Source: Antedon mediterranea (taxonomy: Eukaryota; Animalia; Echinodermata). From it: DNA of 64,000 bases. This document shows positions 12,801 to 24,855 of the stretch, one piece after another. The stretch covers positions 35,036,437 to 35,100,436 of the forward strand of contig NC_092672.1 of assembly GCF_964355755.1 (NCBI RefSeq). Reading direction: 5' to 3'. The notes beneath the pieces were generated by a model. The model was not told the origin of the DNA and ran no database searches. It saw only the letters and a list, made by a program, of their open reading frames with translations. The position numbers were made by a program, and so were the translations under genes. Position 1 is the first letter of the stretch. The number at the start of each line of letters is the position of its first letter.

Positions 12801-15800
12801 AACTAAAGACTAGGCCTAGCAGAAGTTGTGATGGTAAATAGCCTAGACTTGCTCATGACGATTTAGTTTATGTAGAAAAACAAACCTGTGTCAAATTCCT
12901 TGAGCACTACAGGCTTAAGCCATCTCTACACTATCAAACTTTATGTGACAAAAAATGTGATGTGCCAATATATGGACATTATGATGTCATATCACTACCA
13001 TATTTGAGCATATCTATCCATTTTTGGACACATCACACTTTTTTTGTCAAACTAGTTGATAGTGTAGACAGAGCTTTACTATCTACATTACTTTATCCAT
13101 CAATTTACAAAAATAATAGTTGCAAGCATTTTACATTTGTCATTCATACGTTAATTTTAGCAATCTAAAAATGATATTATGTCTACCTGCTGCTGAGATT
13201 CAGTTCCAGTAAAGACGAAAGTAGAGTTACTCTGAGCAAGAGATCGAGTCAAATCAGCTGGAAATGAAACAAAGATCAAAAGAATCATAAATATACTACA
13301 ATCATATAAACACATATAAGCACAGAATAAATTCTAAACCGCCCGGTGATTTATTAATTTAAAACAATAAGAAAATCTGTCAGAATGAGAAAAAGTCGCC
13401 CCAACAAAACTCCGAACCTTCTGCTTGATTTGCATGTCCTAACCATTAGAGCACTGGGGTTTTCATGGTATTGTTTGAACCAGATTGGATAGCGACTCTT
13501 TAAAATTCTCGGCATGGTACGGCGAAACAGCACTAGTCCCTTAATTGTACAGTACGCCAGAGATCAAATTGATATACCCTCGTATTTTATTTATATATGT
13601 ATAATTCCATGCTCCAGTATAATCCCTCCACCTAATTTTAATTCAGATAAAAGACCATTGTTAATTCCACCCCATTAATTTTCCCCAAATGTCATACATG
13701 GGACATACCAGAGGATATACGATAATGAAAAAGTTTAGGTGATCAATTAGTCTTTGTAATACCTATATTCTTAAATTATTGTCTGTTTTATTGTCATTCT
13801 TTTCTTTATATTTTTAAAACCTTGTCAAAACCATTCTACTGCAGTAACTATACTCTGTTTTAAACCTTTTAAGAAATTATTCATTATGTTTGTCTAGATA
13901 ATCATGCAAATTTTTATATTGACTGTCTGACAAACTAAAATCATCCTTTACTGCAGTAACAATGTAGTTACTGCAGTGGAATTATTTTGACATAGTCGTT
14001 TTGTTTGATAGAGTACCTTGAAATGGTTCCAACGTGTCCATAAAATCATCAAATGACGATTCCAACGTTGGTTGTAACTGCACTAGCCCTGGTTGGATCA
14101 TGTCAGCATTGTTCATATGTGCTAAAAAATATTGTAATAAAATTAAAATTGTAATAATAATAATTAATTTTTATTTTTTAATATATTTATTCACTTCTAG
14201 ATTCTAAAGCTCTGTCTACACTATCAAACTTTCTGTGACAAAACAAAATGTTATGTTCCCATATATGGACATGATGATGTCATATAAGTGGGCGTGCACT
14301 CTTTCAAGTGTGGTCTTTATAAAGGTGCGGTCTCCACACAATAATGAATTATAAAAGTTCATGTGTAAATAGGTTATAACACAAATTACTAAATGAGGCT
14401 TAAATCTGAGCTTTCATTTAATACAATAAATGATCCAATGTTAGTTCCATAAATGCTTTTACTATACAAGTGTACATTTGCAGTCTTAATAGACATAAGC
14501 ATTTGGGATTTAAGTCTGAATGAGCTGAAACTGAGCTGCAACTTAATAGACAGCCAATCAAAACGGAGATCTTTAATCCTTATAAGGGAAAGATTAAGTT
14601 TAGAGCCAACAAAAAATTGATATGGGTATAACAACAAAGAAATGTGTGCCTTATTGTGTTCATGATTTGGTAATGAGGTGTAATTGATTTATATTTGAAT
14701 TGCTTATTTATATATGGTCAATAAAAGCTTACAAACAAAATACAAAGTTAGTGTAACCTGTAGGGAGTATGTATCATTACATTATTTTCAATGCCAAAAG
14801 TTCATGTGACGTTAATGCTTCAGGTTTGTAAAGCTCTGTCTACACTATCAACTAGTTTGACAAAAAAGTGTGATGTGCCCAAATATGGTATTGATATGAC
14901 ATCTTTATGTCCATATATGGGCACATCACATTGTTTTGTCACATAAAGTTTGACAATGTAGACTTTTGGCTTGGTTTTGAGTACAATGGGATACCAAAAG
15001 ATTTCAGTATGTTAAAATTGGGCAAGGTTGGTGGAGGAAGTCTTCGAAAATGAGTGCTTCCAAAAATAGCATCCATAAGAAGTTGACTGATATTATTTTC
15101 AAATTCCTGACATCATCCTATATTTAGGTTTATACAGGTTAATAAATGTTCTACTTTTTCCAGTTATATCTAGCTCTTCGAGGAGAAAGGGCTATCATTG
15201 GTTTATCTCGGTAAGCTAAGCATAAAATAAACTGATATTTTAAATTATTTTTTATTCAATTTGGTAAATTTTCTGTTAAGAATATGTGCTATTGATCTAG
15301 AAGCTCAATGTTCAAATATAGTTCACTAATCCTTGTGTACCTTAACACAGTACTTAACCCTAGAGCCTTGAAATGTTGACCTCTAACAACTTCCACCTAC
15401 TACATTGATGCTGCTATTATAAGAAAAACCACAAATTCATAATACTAGAATATATTATAAATCTGTCTGGTCTAACAAGCTTTCATATTTACTATATTAT
15501 TCAGATTTATACTTAAAGCTTTGTCTACACTATCAAACTTTAAGTGACAAAAAAATTTGATGTGCCCATGTATGGACATGATGTCATATCAATACCATAT
15601 TTGGGCACATTATACTTTTTTTTGTCAAACTAGTTTAATAGTGTAGACCTCATATAAAAAGTACACCAACAATAGCTGTCACATGCCATATTTTAAACCA
15701 GCTTTTATTCTGAGTTTGACCTTTAGATAATGTAAACTTTTAAATCAGCCAAATATAATACTTTAAAAAGAAAACAAACAAGCAAAATGTATGGTATTAA

Positions 15801-18800
15801 AAATGATTTATATGGAATATATTTTGTTATTATGTTATGTCATGATATACATCTTGTTTATCTTTTTTTAAGTTACACGTGAGCGGCTTACCTAATTCCT
15901 TTGGATTTGGAAACGCAAACGGCTGGTTGAGACTTGTGAACAGCGTGTCGTGGAAGTCCGCAAAGAAGGAATCCTCAAACACCATTGGTTCCTCATTATA
16001 TATGTCAAACTTCATATTTTTTATCAACTCAGCATGCTGAAATAAGAACCAAAAAAGTGTTAAAGATGTATTTCTCAAAAACATAAAAAATGAAGATTAA
16101 ATAAAGACTTTGAATATGCCATTTTGTAGTTTTGTCACTTTAAAAAAAAAACACATTTTTTCAAATAATGTTTTCACTTATAAAGATACAAAATAAACAG
16201 TTAAATTCAACCAAAAACCCAATTAATGACTACTTGCTTTTTCAGGCAAATTTTTTTTTTCGATCCAATTTTTTGGTAAAAGTGAACAAATAAACTAATA
16301 AAATGTGACACTGACAGTAAAATGGCATATTCAACAAAAACAGTTTAAACAAATTATTTTCTCAGGGGGACAATATATCTTTAACGGTTGTGTATTACTA
16401 TAGTACAACCCCTCCCTTTGGACACCTCTATTTTGTTGACTCTCTCCAATAAAACAAACAAGTGGTAAAGCATCACTCGTCTATTCATTTCAATTCCAAG
16501 AAACCAGACTATATTGCACTTACTTTTTTATCTCTATTGCTCTTGGCACTTGAGTCAATTTTTTTCTGTTGCATCATAAATATTCTCCATTTATTGTACT
16601 CACTAACTACTGTGCTTGGTGTGCGTTTCCAGTATTTTCCTTCCAAAATGACTGCCTAGAAAAACAAACAAAGCAGTATTAAATCAATGAGTATCTTAGA
16701 AAAAAAAAAGCTTTTTGAAACACTTTTGGTAATAATTGACTAAAATTTATCATTTACAGAAAAAACCTGATTTTTAATTATAACAACTCCCAAGCTAATC
16801 AGCTGTAAATGAGGACTGGTTAAGAATATCCAAAAAATACATTACTAAGAAAAATATCTGTAATTGTTGTCATCTATAATTTTCAATTCAATTCAAAAGA
16901 CATTTATTTTCGTCCAAAATACAATAAGTAAAAAAAAAACAGTAAGGCCTAATGACAGATTGAGATTATTAAAAAGGCAAAGGCAGAATCCTAAGATGAT
17001 AAAATCTCGTGGTGAGATTGTCTTGACAAATTAATAATTATTTACAAAAATATAACCAAAAGAAAAATATTTAAAAAAAATTTTAAGAAATTGTAAACAT
17101 TTTTTATTTTTTTATTTTAAAAATGGTTTGAAAGCCTTGAGAGCACAAGTTTTAGGACGGTTCATTATAGTATGATTACAGTAAAAGTTTAAACAGACAC
17201 TAACCTCCGGTGCACTGTGATTGGTCTCTGTGAGTGGAGAGGCAAACTGACACACGATAGGTGGTCGACCGCCACGAACTAAACAGACAAAAATGGGAAG
17301 GTAAAATGTACAGTAGGTTCATACAATAGTTAAAATACGAAAAGAAAAAACACAGAAAAATAGGAATTTTTGCCTTTGAAATAATACTATCATTCATAGG
17401 CATATACTAAGGTCCATAGTTTAATAGTTTGTGCTTTGTTAAGCTCTTTCTACAGTATAAAACTTTATGCAACAAAAAATGTGATGTTTCCATATATAGC
17501 GATGATGATGTCATATCACTACCATATTTGAGCATATCACTACCATATTTGAGCATATCACTACCATATTTGAGCATATCACTACCATATTTTGGCACAT
17601 AACACCTTTTTAGTCTGTTAGTGTAGACAGAGCTTCAGAATTTTTAGGCTATATAGGCATACACTGAGGCCCATAGTTTTAATTCAATTCAATTATTTTA
17701 TTTCGTCATGCACTCTGGCTTGCTTTTTACATAAAACATAAAAAATATGATAAAAATGGGTAAAATACAAACAACACCAAGGGGTAAAATAAAAAAGCAA
17801 AACAAATACAAAAATGACATAAAAAGGTTAAAACTTGGCAGTAGTAAACCCCAAACTCTTTAAAGGCATAGAATGTCTGTATATTTAATCTTTAATATTA
17901 TTTTACTCAAAAGGTTTCTTTTTATGTTGCTATAGTATAAAACATAACAACTTAGATGGAGAGTGTAAAAAATGTATCGGATGGGTCGTGAGGTAATTTC
18001 CCGATTGATCGTAATCAAAACGGTACTGGGTATGGTCTACTAGTTTTTCTGCTCCAAACCAGTACATCCATTCATAGAAGCCTTGATGAAGTAAGCCTAC
18101 CTGGTGGTGGCCATAGAACGGTCCCGAGATAATGATTATACTTCGGCTTTAGTCAAGTTCAATATTGAATATCGAAACGTGGCAGGCTGAAGGCGCTTGA
18201 CCTTTGACAAGATCGCCTAAATTTTTAATATATTAACTTTACAATACTTAGTGTTGTATATTCTGGTACAGCCGCTCCATAATCTCTTTGCTTTTCTTCC
18301 TTATATCTATATTTTTAATTTATACTAACAAATATCTTTTTATTAATATAATAATAATAATATATCAAAAATTTATTAAATAATATTTATCGCATAATAT
18401 GCAATCTACGATAATTTAATTAAGTGATATAACAAATTTATTAAATACATAACATCATTTGAATAAAAAGAACAAATCACATATCTACACATAATCATAA
18501 CATCGTATACTCTATCTCTAACAATTTATTCAATCTTCTATCGACTAAAGCCGAAGTATAGTCGTTATCTCGGGACCGTTCTATGGCCACCACCAGGTAG
18601 GCTTATTTCATCAAAGCTTCTATGAATGGATGTACTGGTTGGGAGCAGAAAAACTAGTAGACCATACCCAGTACCGTTTTGATTACGATCAATCGGGAAT
18701 TTACCTCACAACATACTGAAAAAGTTGTTTACACATACAGTAATATTGATATAACTATTCTACTTACACTGCATATGCCATTCTCTCCATATTGCGTTGT

Positions 18801-21800
18801 TTAATCGGATTTTGTCCTTGGTAGACAATTTTAAACCTCTAAACCACTTCCACTTTGGAGATACAATCCTTCCTCTGCAAAAAAATTGTTTTAAAAATCA
18901 TAAAATAGGCTATTAAAACTTCAAAAATCATTTTGCTTGCACAGTATACTGTTATTAGTTCACTACTGTATACTATTACTATGTACAGTCAAATCTCCCA
19001 ATGTGATGTGCCCAAATATGGTAGTGATATGCTTAAATATGGTAGTGATATGACATCGACATCATGTCCATATTTGGGTACATCACATTTTTTTGTCACA
19101 CAAAGTTTGATAGTGTAGAGAGAGCCTTACGCCCGTATTCTTAAACCGGACTTTAGTCGTAGTTCGAAGTTCGACTTGGAAAAGTCGTAGTTCGAGCTAT
19201 TACTTCAAATTCGATTCAAAAACGAAGTAGTCGAAGTTTGCAGTTCGACTTAATGAAGTCGAGCTTTTAGTCGAGTTGCACACGTCTGGGTAACAAAGGC
19301 TATACATTGGCCAATGACAAGAGAGTATTTGAGGAGCAGACGAAATTTTGCGCATTGATATCACTTTCCATTTCTTACAACACTTTTTACGCATCAGGAC
19401 TATATACATGAAAAATAATTTTAATCGTTAATTATTAGAACAATATCAGTATTAATTTAACAGTGAAGTATATTTGATTAACAACAAATAAAATCTTAAA
19501 AATATATTTAGGAACCATGGCGGTACGGTAACTTTTATATTTTCTAGGCCCCCAACAAAGTATGATCGCCACGAACCACGCACTTCATAGCGTGACAAGA
19601 AAGCGCTAGGCCCCCTAAACATTCCATCGCGTGGTGAATTGCCGCATCTCCCATTGTCGCTATGGCGTGACGTAGCTCAAGTCGGACTTGCGCGAAGAAA
19701 ATAATGTAATTTGTATACAGTTGTAAATAAAGATGATTTTCATTATTATAATTTATACCAATGTATATTTAATTAAGCTAATATAAATATAGATATTTCA
19801 TTCTTCAATATCTGGTCAATATAACAACTCAATGACTGTTACGTTTTTTATAAACATCGTTTAAAAACCATTTAGTCGACCATTTAGTCTGCCTCCTCCA
19901 GGACTAAAAAAATCGATCAAAATCCGTCTCGATTTAGTCGAGGTTGGCCTGATTTAGTCGGTGATTTAGTTGAAGTTCGGTTTATGAATTAAAATGACGT
20001 CATTTTTTTAGTTTTAGCTCGAACTATGACTAAAGTCCGGTTTAAGAATACGGGCGTTAAAATCACATTTGGAATATCAAAATTACGAGACATATTAGGC
20101 CAATCCCAATCTTCAAACTGCTTCCGTCATTAAATATTCATTTTAAAAAATAGATTATTAAATAGCTGAAAAAATGTTTTAAATATCATAGAAAGAGTGC
20201 AAGCAGCAGGTGAACTATTTTCTCAAAGTCATTGAGAAGGTCAAACAACATAGACAGGATCCCGTTAATAATGTCAGATCAGCGGTTCCGCTTCAACAGT
20301 TTCATTTTAATAACAACGATATTAAACAAGAAAAATAAAATAAAAGCAAATTGGAAAACACTGCAGTATGGTATAAATTAAACGTTTAGTAGGAACTTAT
20401 CAGCATTCAAAATTCAACTTAACAAATTAGGAAAATACAAATTAGGAATTTTTCCATAAATGCTAGTTGAAAATTTCAAAACTAGCTAATGTTTGCTGGT
20501 CGTAATCATTTAAAGACACCTTCCCTACGTTTTTTTTAGATTTCATTTAAGATCACAAACTATATTTAATGTAAAAATAATACTATATGGTCCTATTTCG
20601 TCTTTAAATGGTTAAAAATTTGAAAAATAAGTTGATTCTAATAATTATAGCGGCCCGCTATAAATCCCAAAATGCATTGCGCACGGATTGATATTTTTGT
20701 TTTTCTTCTGTAATTCACCCACTTTTAGATCGATCGTGAGGCCAAAACAAATGGAAGGCTCCTAACTTTCCAGCGAAAATACCAGGTTTTCCCCAATTTG
20801 TATCAACATAGTCTGGCCAAAATAGAAAGACAATGCAGCAACTATACGTCAGGCTAGGTATGTAGCTAGCGTACGATGTTCGTACGTTACCGATGTTTAC
20901 CAGCTAGGCCTACAAAACTAAGCCTAGCTAGGCTAGGCCTAAAGACCGTCCACGAGAGGTCATTGCCGCGAGCTACTTAGGTAGTGCATTGTTTCTCACT
21001 TTTTATCATAATTTACCATAAAACATACATTTTTAAGACAAGGAATGACCTGGTTTAATGTTTTTAAAGTAATATATATGTATTATTTTTACAAAACGTC
21101 ACAAATTGTAGGGAAGGTGTCTTTAAATATTAGTTACTTTTTAGTCTAGCAAAGTTGATAGTTATTAGTATGCAGCCTAGCAAAGGGCAGTGGCATACAG
21201 GAGTTTAGATGTTATATTTGCTGCACATTGTTAATTGGTCATTTTAAATGGTAGAATATACAAAAACAATGAATTATGAATTAATAATTAACAATAATAT
21301 ATAGGTGGATATTATTAAATGTTAAAGCTTGTTTAATGGCTAAAAGGTCAGTAAACAATGGGTCATGGTCAGCAGAGGGTCATGGTCAACATAGATTATG
21401 AAATAAAAAACACAGGAAACTACAAAAGCTTAGATGTCTGCACTAGTTATACACTTGTCCAAGCCTACTTATGTATCCAAAGCAGGGAACATTTTCGCCA
21501 GTGTAGCGTAGCAAAAAGCTATACAAAACAACCTTATTGCTACACATTTTGAAAATTGTGTAGCAAAAAATACAATACAAAACTATGTTTCTGGACTTAA
21601 AAATCAGTTTGATTAGCAATATTGCTAAACAAAATTTTTAAATGAAAATTTTCCCTGCAAAGAGGTCACTAGCATGTCATAGTGGTTACAATATTCAGGA
21701 TGTACATAGGTGATGCAACCAGCACTCCCCTTTATTTATACTTGCCACATTAAAAAACATTATTTGTAATCTTAAAATAGTTATGTTGTTGCATGTAGAC

Positions 21801-24388
21801 TAATTTTAAAAATTATTCTTTTATTTTATAGTCCAATAATTTATCGGATAAATTACTGTCAAAATGGAGTACCAAAAGTGTGCTGAACATTTTTTATCTG
21901 TGTGACTATATTTCCCCCAACCCACTCTATGCCTGACCCACCCTCCCAACACGAAATTAAACTCAAAACCTTTTTTACTTTACTTCCTCATATATTATTA
22001 CTTAGATTAATCTATTCACCCCAACCTACTGTAGAATCTTCTGATAGCAATAATAATGTTAAAATATTTATGAGGAAATCCTTTCCAAACAATGAAAATT
22101 GTATAAGGATCCAAAATGCGAGTTTTGTGAACAGATTTTAACAAACATGATTAAAGCTAATTTTCCACTAGGCGAATCCAACGTTTCGAAGAGAAATAAA
22201 TCGCCTACTCTCTTTCCACTACATGAGCGAATAGCTGCGACGTTCATGTTCCTCGCGTGGTTGCTGAGCATTTCGATTCGCATGAGTGCTCATGAAAGTG
22301 TCATAGCTCATTTCCTGAGCTCTGATTGGTTCCGCAATGTTTCGCTTCGAAAAAGTAGAAACAATTCGAACTAGTAAATTTCGCTGAAGCGAAAAATCAA
22401 AGGAACTAGAATTCGACGAAGAAGGCAGTATGACAGACAGAAACGCGAATACGCATGTGCATAGCATGACGCTTTCGATTCGCGCGAACAAATTCACCTA
22501 GTGGAAAATAGGCTTTAGCACCAGTCAGTGTTAAGCACAACAATGTTTACATTCATAACATTCAATCTGTGAATTGCGACTGTAGAATAACTATCTCTAC
22601 TCACAATATCATACAGTACTTTACAGTATGTGGAATGGTGATAGAATATTCACATGAGTGTGGGTTGTTGTTGTGATCTAATATTTTGGTAATTGTCTTT
22701 AGCTTAGGTGGATGTACAGCAGTAGTGCTACTGTAGTAGTAGTCACAATTTAATCCAGGGGGTATGAGAAATAATCTAAGGCATGGAAAATAAGAAATAA
22801 CAATCAGGTTGTACCACAAAAAAGCTGGGTTAATCTTGTATAACATTTTTACCTAAAAATTGTTTTTTTTTACGTTCTAGTTAGAATTGCCAAATAGCTC
22901 TATAAATATAGTCCGAGTCTTCAAGAGTTAAGCGCAATTAAATACACCAGAAAAAGAAATGAATTAGAATTTATCTGCTCAAATTAATATTGATTATTAT
23001 TGTTGAATTTTTTACTTTGTACGCTGTTTGCAGAATTATTCAGTCGTTGGCTGTCTTCTCTTTGTACTATTTATGTGTTTCTATGAATACCTACATATTA
23101 TCGCAAATAGCTTGATTACGCGAAGAACGTCATTGCACAATGCATGATAGGAAGGGTTTGTATGCGTAAATACAAACAACAAATCATATCCATACGCATC
23201 ATGACGCTTGCTCCCAATCGCTTCCCACTGATTCCCACCATGCATCATGCACACTATTTATTTGCCATAATCCTTATTGTATACAGTTATGTTGGCAAAA
23301 GATGATCGGGACCACGGAAGATCGGGCCCAAGACGATCGGGCCCAGAAAACGTAGTCCCGATCGTCTTCAGCGTTGGGCCCGATCGTCCAGTGTTTTCAG
23401 AACTACGTTGGGCCCGATCGTCTTACAAGTTGGTCCCGATCGTCTTAGCATTGGGCCCGATAGTCTTTTGTGTTATATAAAATAATTTCAATAATTTCCA
23501 CATTTCATCATTTTTCATTCCTAGTGCTAATGTCAACGTGCTTTTCTTGTGTAAATTAAGATTTTAATTGAAAATATTATATCTGATTTTATCCTAATTT
23601 TCCCCTAATTAACACTACTGGTTTTAAGAATTTCTTTACCAATACTCTCGATTTATGAATAAATGTGATTGATTTTGATTGTTATTATTGTGTTGTTTGT
23701 ATTCGCGTATTTATTTGTAAACATTTTCTGAGAATGTTTTGGGCCGATCATCTGGGCCCGATCGTCTCTGGTCTCGATCGTCTCACGATTTGGGCCCGAT
23801 CGTCTTGAAGTGAGCCCGATCGTCTGGGCCAGATCGCCTCTGGGCCTGATCGTCTTTCACAGTTGATGGGCCCGATCATGTCACGATTTGGGTCCGATCG
23901 TCTGGGCCCGATCGTCCGTGGTCCCGTGGTCGTCTAATAACCATGTTGGCCCTCTATTGTATATCAGCCTTTTATAATAAATAGCACATAGGCCTATCAT
24001 ATTATTATATAATACTTCATAATAGCAATTAATATTTCGTATCTTACCCATTGTAGGCAAGACTCAGACATTCAAACAACTTTGAAAATGAAGACTCTAT
24101 CTCGTTGGTAGAACAATTTTTATTCTCCCCAAACGAATAACTTGTTGATGGATCTTTATTAGCCGAAACAAAATCGAATCCAACTTTGTCTTTTTTCTTG
24201 CCTCGATGAGGGTCACTGACCATAAAATGCCCGGAGTGGATTTGCTCGTCGCAGCCAGGTTTTGGCCCTGAACTGCTTCTTGATCGCAATTTCATCCGTT
24301 CTTTTTCCTTATAGTTTTGATCTTCCTCTGACCCTTGCATAAGTTGCAGCTTGCCTTTGGCATTTAATACATCATCCCGAGCCATCAT
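6820..24388 (-). CDS. MLXIP: Mondo family bHLH-ZIP glucose-sensing transcription factor (MLXIP/MondoA and MLXIPL/ChREBP co-orthologue), 16 coding exons
   Basis: Exons in transcript order: 24388-24048, 18874-18768, 17278-17205, 16655-16524, 16036-15892, 14121-14017, 13257-13187, 12677-11534, 11191-11082, 10637-10568, 9972-9908, 9658-9629, 9367-9308, 8601-8414, 8048-7925, 7350-7221, 6935-6820 (17 segments listed including the 30-nt microexon 9658-9629); all phases are compatible. Motifs: IHSGHFMVS, SKLFECLSLAY, SPKWKWFRGLKL..KDKIRLNNAIWREWHMQ, LEGKYWKR, DTLFTSL..PFAFPNPKE, NADMIQPGLVQLQP, bHLH THISAEQKRRFNIK, C-terminal NWKFWIFS...WLDQHCSL. Confidence 0.95.
7351..7924 (-). other. U12-type (minor spliceosome) GT-AG intron in the Mondo gene
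   Basis: Minus-strand donor GTATCCTTT (7924-7916) matches the U12 5' consensus; branch site CCTTAAC (7370-7364) lies about 12 nt before the AG at 7352-7351. Confidence 0.9.
9434..9527 (-). mobile_element. Degenerate copy of the same retroelement family in a Mondo intron
   Basis: Minus strand reads GAAAGCTCTGCAAATTTTTCTGGTT...GATACCCACAGCATT...CAGTAATTTGCCTTTGAATT. Confidence 0.65.
17988..18709. mobile_element. Element with about 165-bp inverted arms around an AT-rich core
   Basis: 17988-18154 is the reverse complement of 18543-18709 with few mismatches; a degenerate arm occurs at about 45160-45275. Confidence 0.75.
19130..20056. mobile_element. Non-autonomous DNA transposon, 927 bp, PIF/Harbinger-like
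   Basis: About 38-bp TIR CGCCCGTATTCTTAAACCGGACTTTAGTCGTAGTTCGA at both ends; TTA at 19127-19129 and 20057-20059; no long ORF. Confidence 0.85.
20514..21122. mobile_element. Kolobok-like non-autonomous DNA transposon
   Basis: TTAA|AGACACCTTCCCTAC ... GTAGGGAAGGTGTCT|TTAA; TTAA duplication with purine-purine start. Confidence 0.8.
22155..22514. mobile_element. 360-bp MITE, family B, second copy
   Basis: Collinear with 6262-6621 over its full length, same TIRs. Confidence 0.8.
23294..23942. mobile_element. Unclassified DNA-transposon-like element with GGGCCCGATCGTCT subterminal repeats
   Basis: Many GGGCCCGATCGTC[TC] units at both ends, inverted terminal blocks, flanked by a direct repeat ATGTT(GGC) at 23289 and 23943. 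Confidence 0.65.
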
Positions 24389-24855
24389 TTGCACAATTAA
24401 GCTGATTTTCAATAGAAAAACAAATAGTTTAGCTATCCAAATCCAGTATCTAAATTCGCCATTTCAGCACCTACGAAGTGTTTTTCATCCACAGTCCACA
24501 CATACAACACACGAATTGCAAAAACATGAAAACAAGATGATCGACTGATGATGACGTCACGTTGAACAACAGGGGGCGACAAACAACTTAATGAAGAGAT
24601 CATAAAAAAGAGAATTTATTTTGGTGTTTTTTGTACAAGTATTCAAACTTCCCAAAAAAGGAATTTTATTTTTATTTTAATGATAAAAAGGGATCAAAAG
24701 GCTCTATTCGACTTTATTTTCTATATTTCCCCCTTTATTAAATCATACAATTAATCTGTTTTTTCGTCGCGTCGACGATCGGATAGCGCGCGCGTGTGGA
24801 AAAAAAATTGTACGGAAATTAATTATAGAGGGCAGTTTTTACAAACGAAACAAAG
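24389..24855. promoter_or_regulatory. Shared divergent promoter region of Mondo/MLXIP and MED19 with a full CRE palindrome
   Basis: Start codons at 24388 (-) and 24856 (+) are 467 bp apart; TGACGTCA at 24552-24559; CpG-rich patch at about 24765-24795. Confidence 0.6.
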
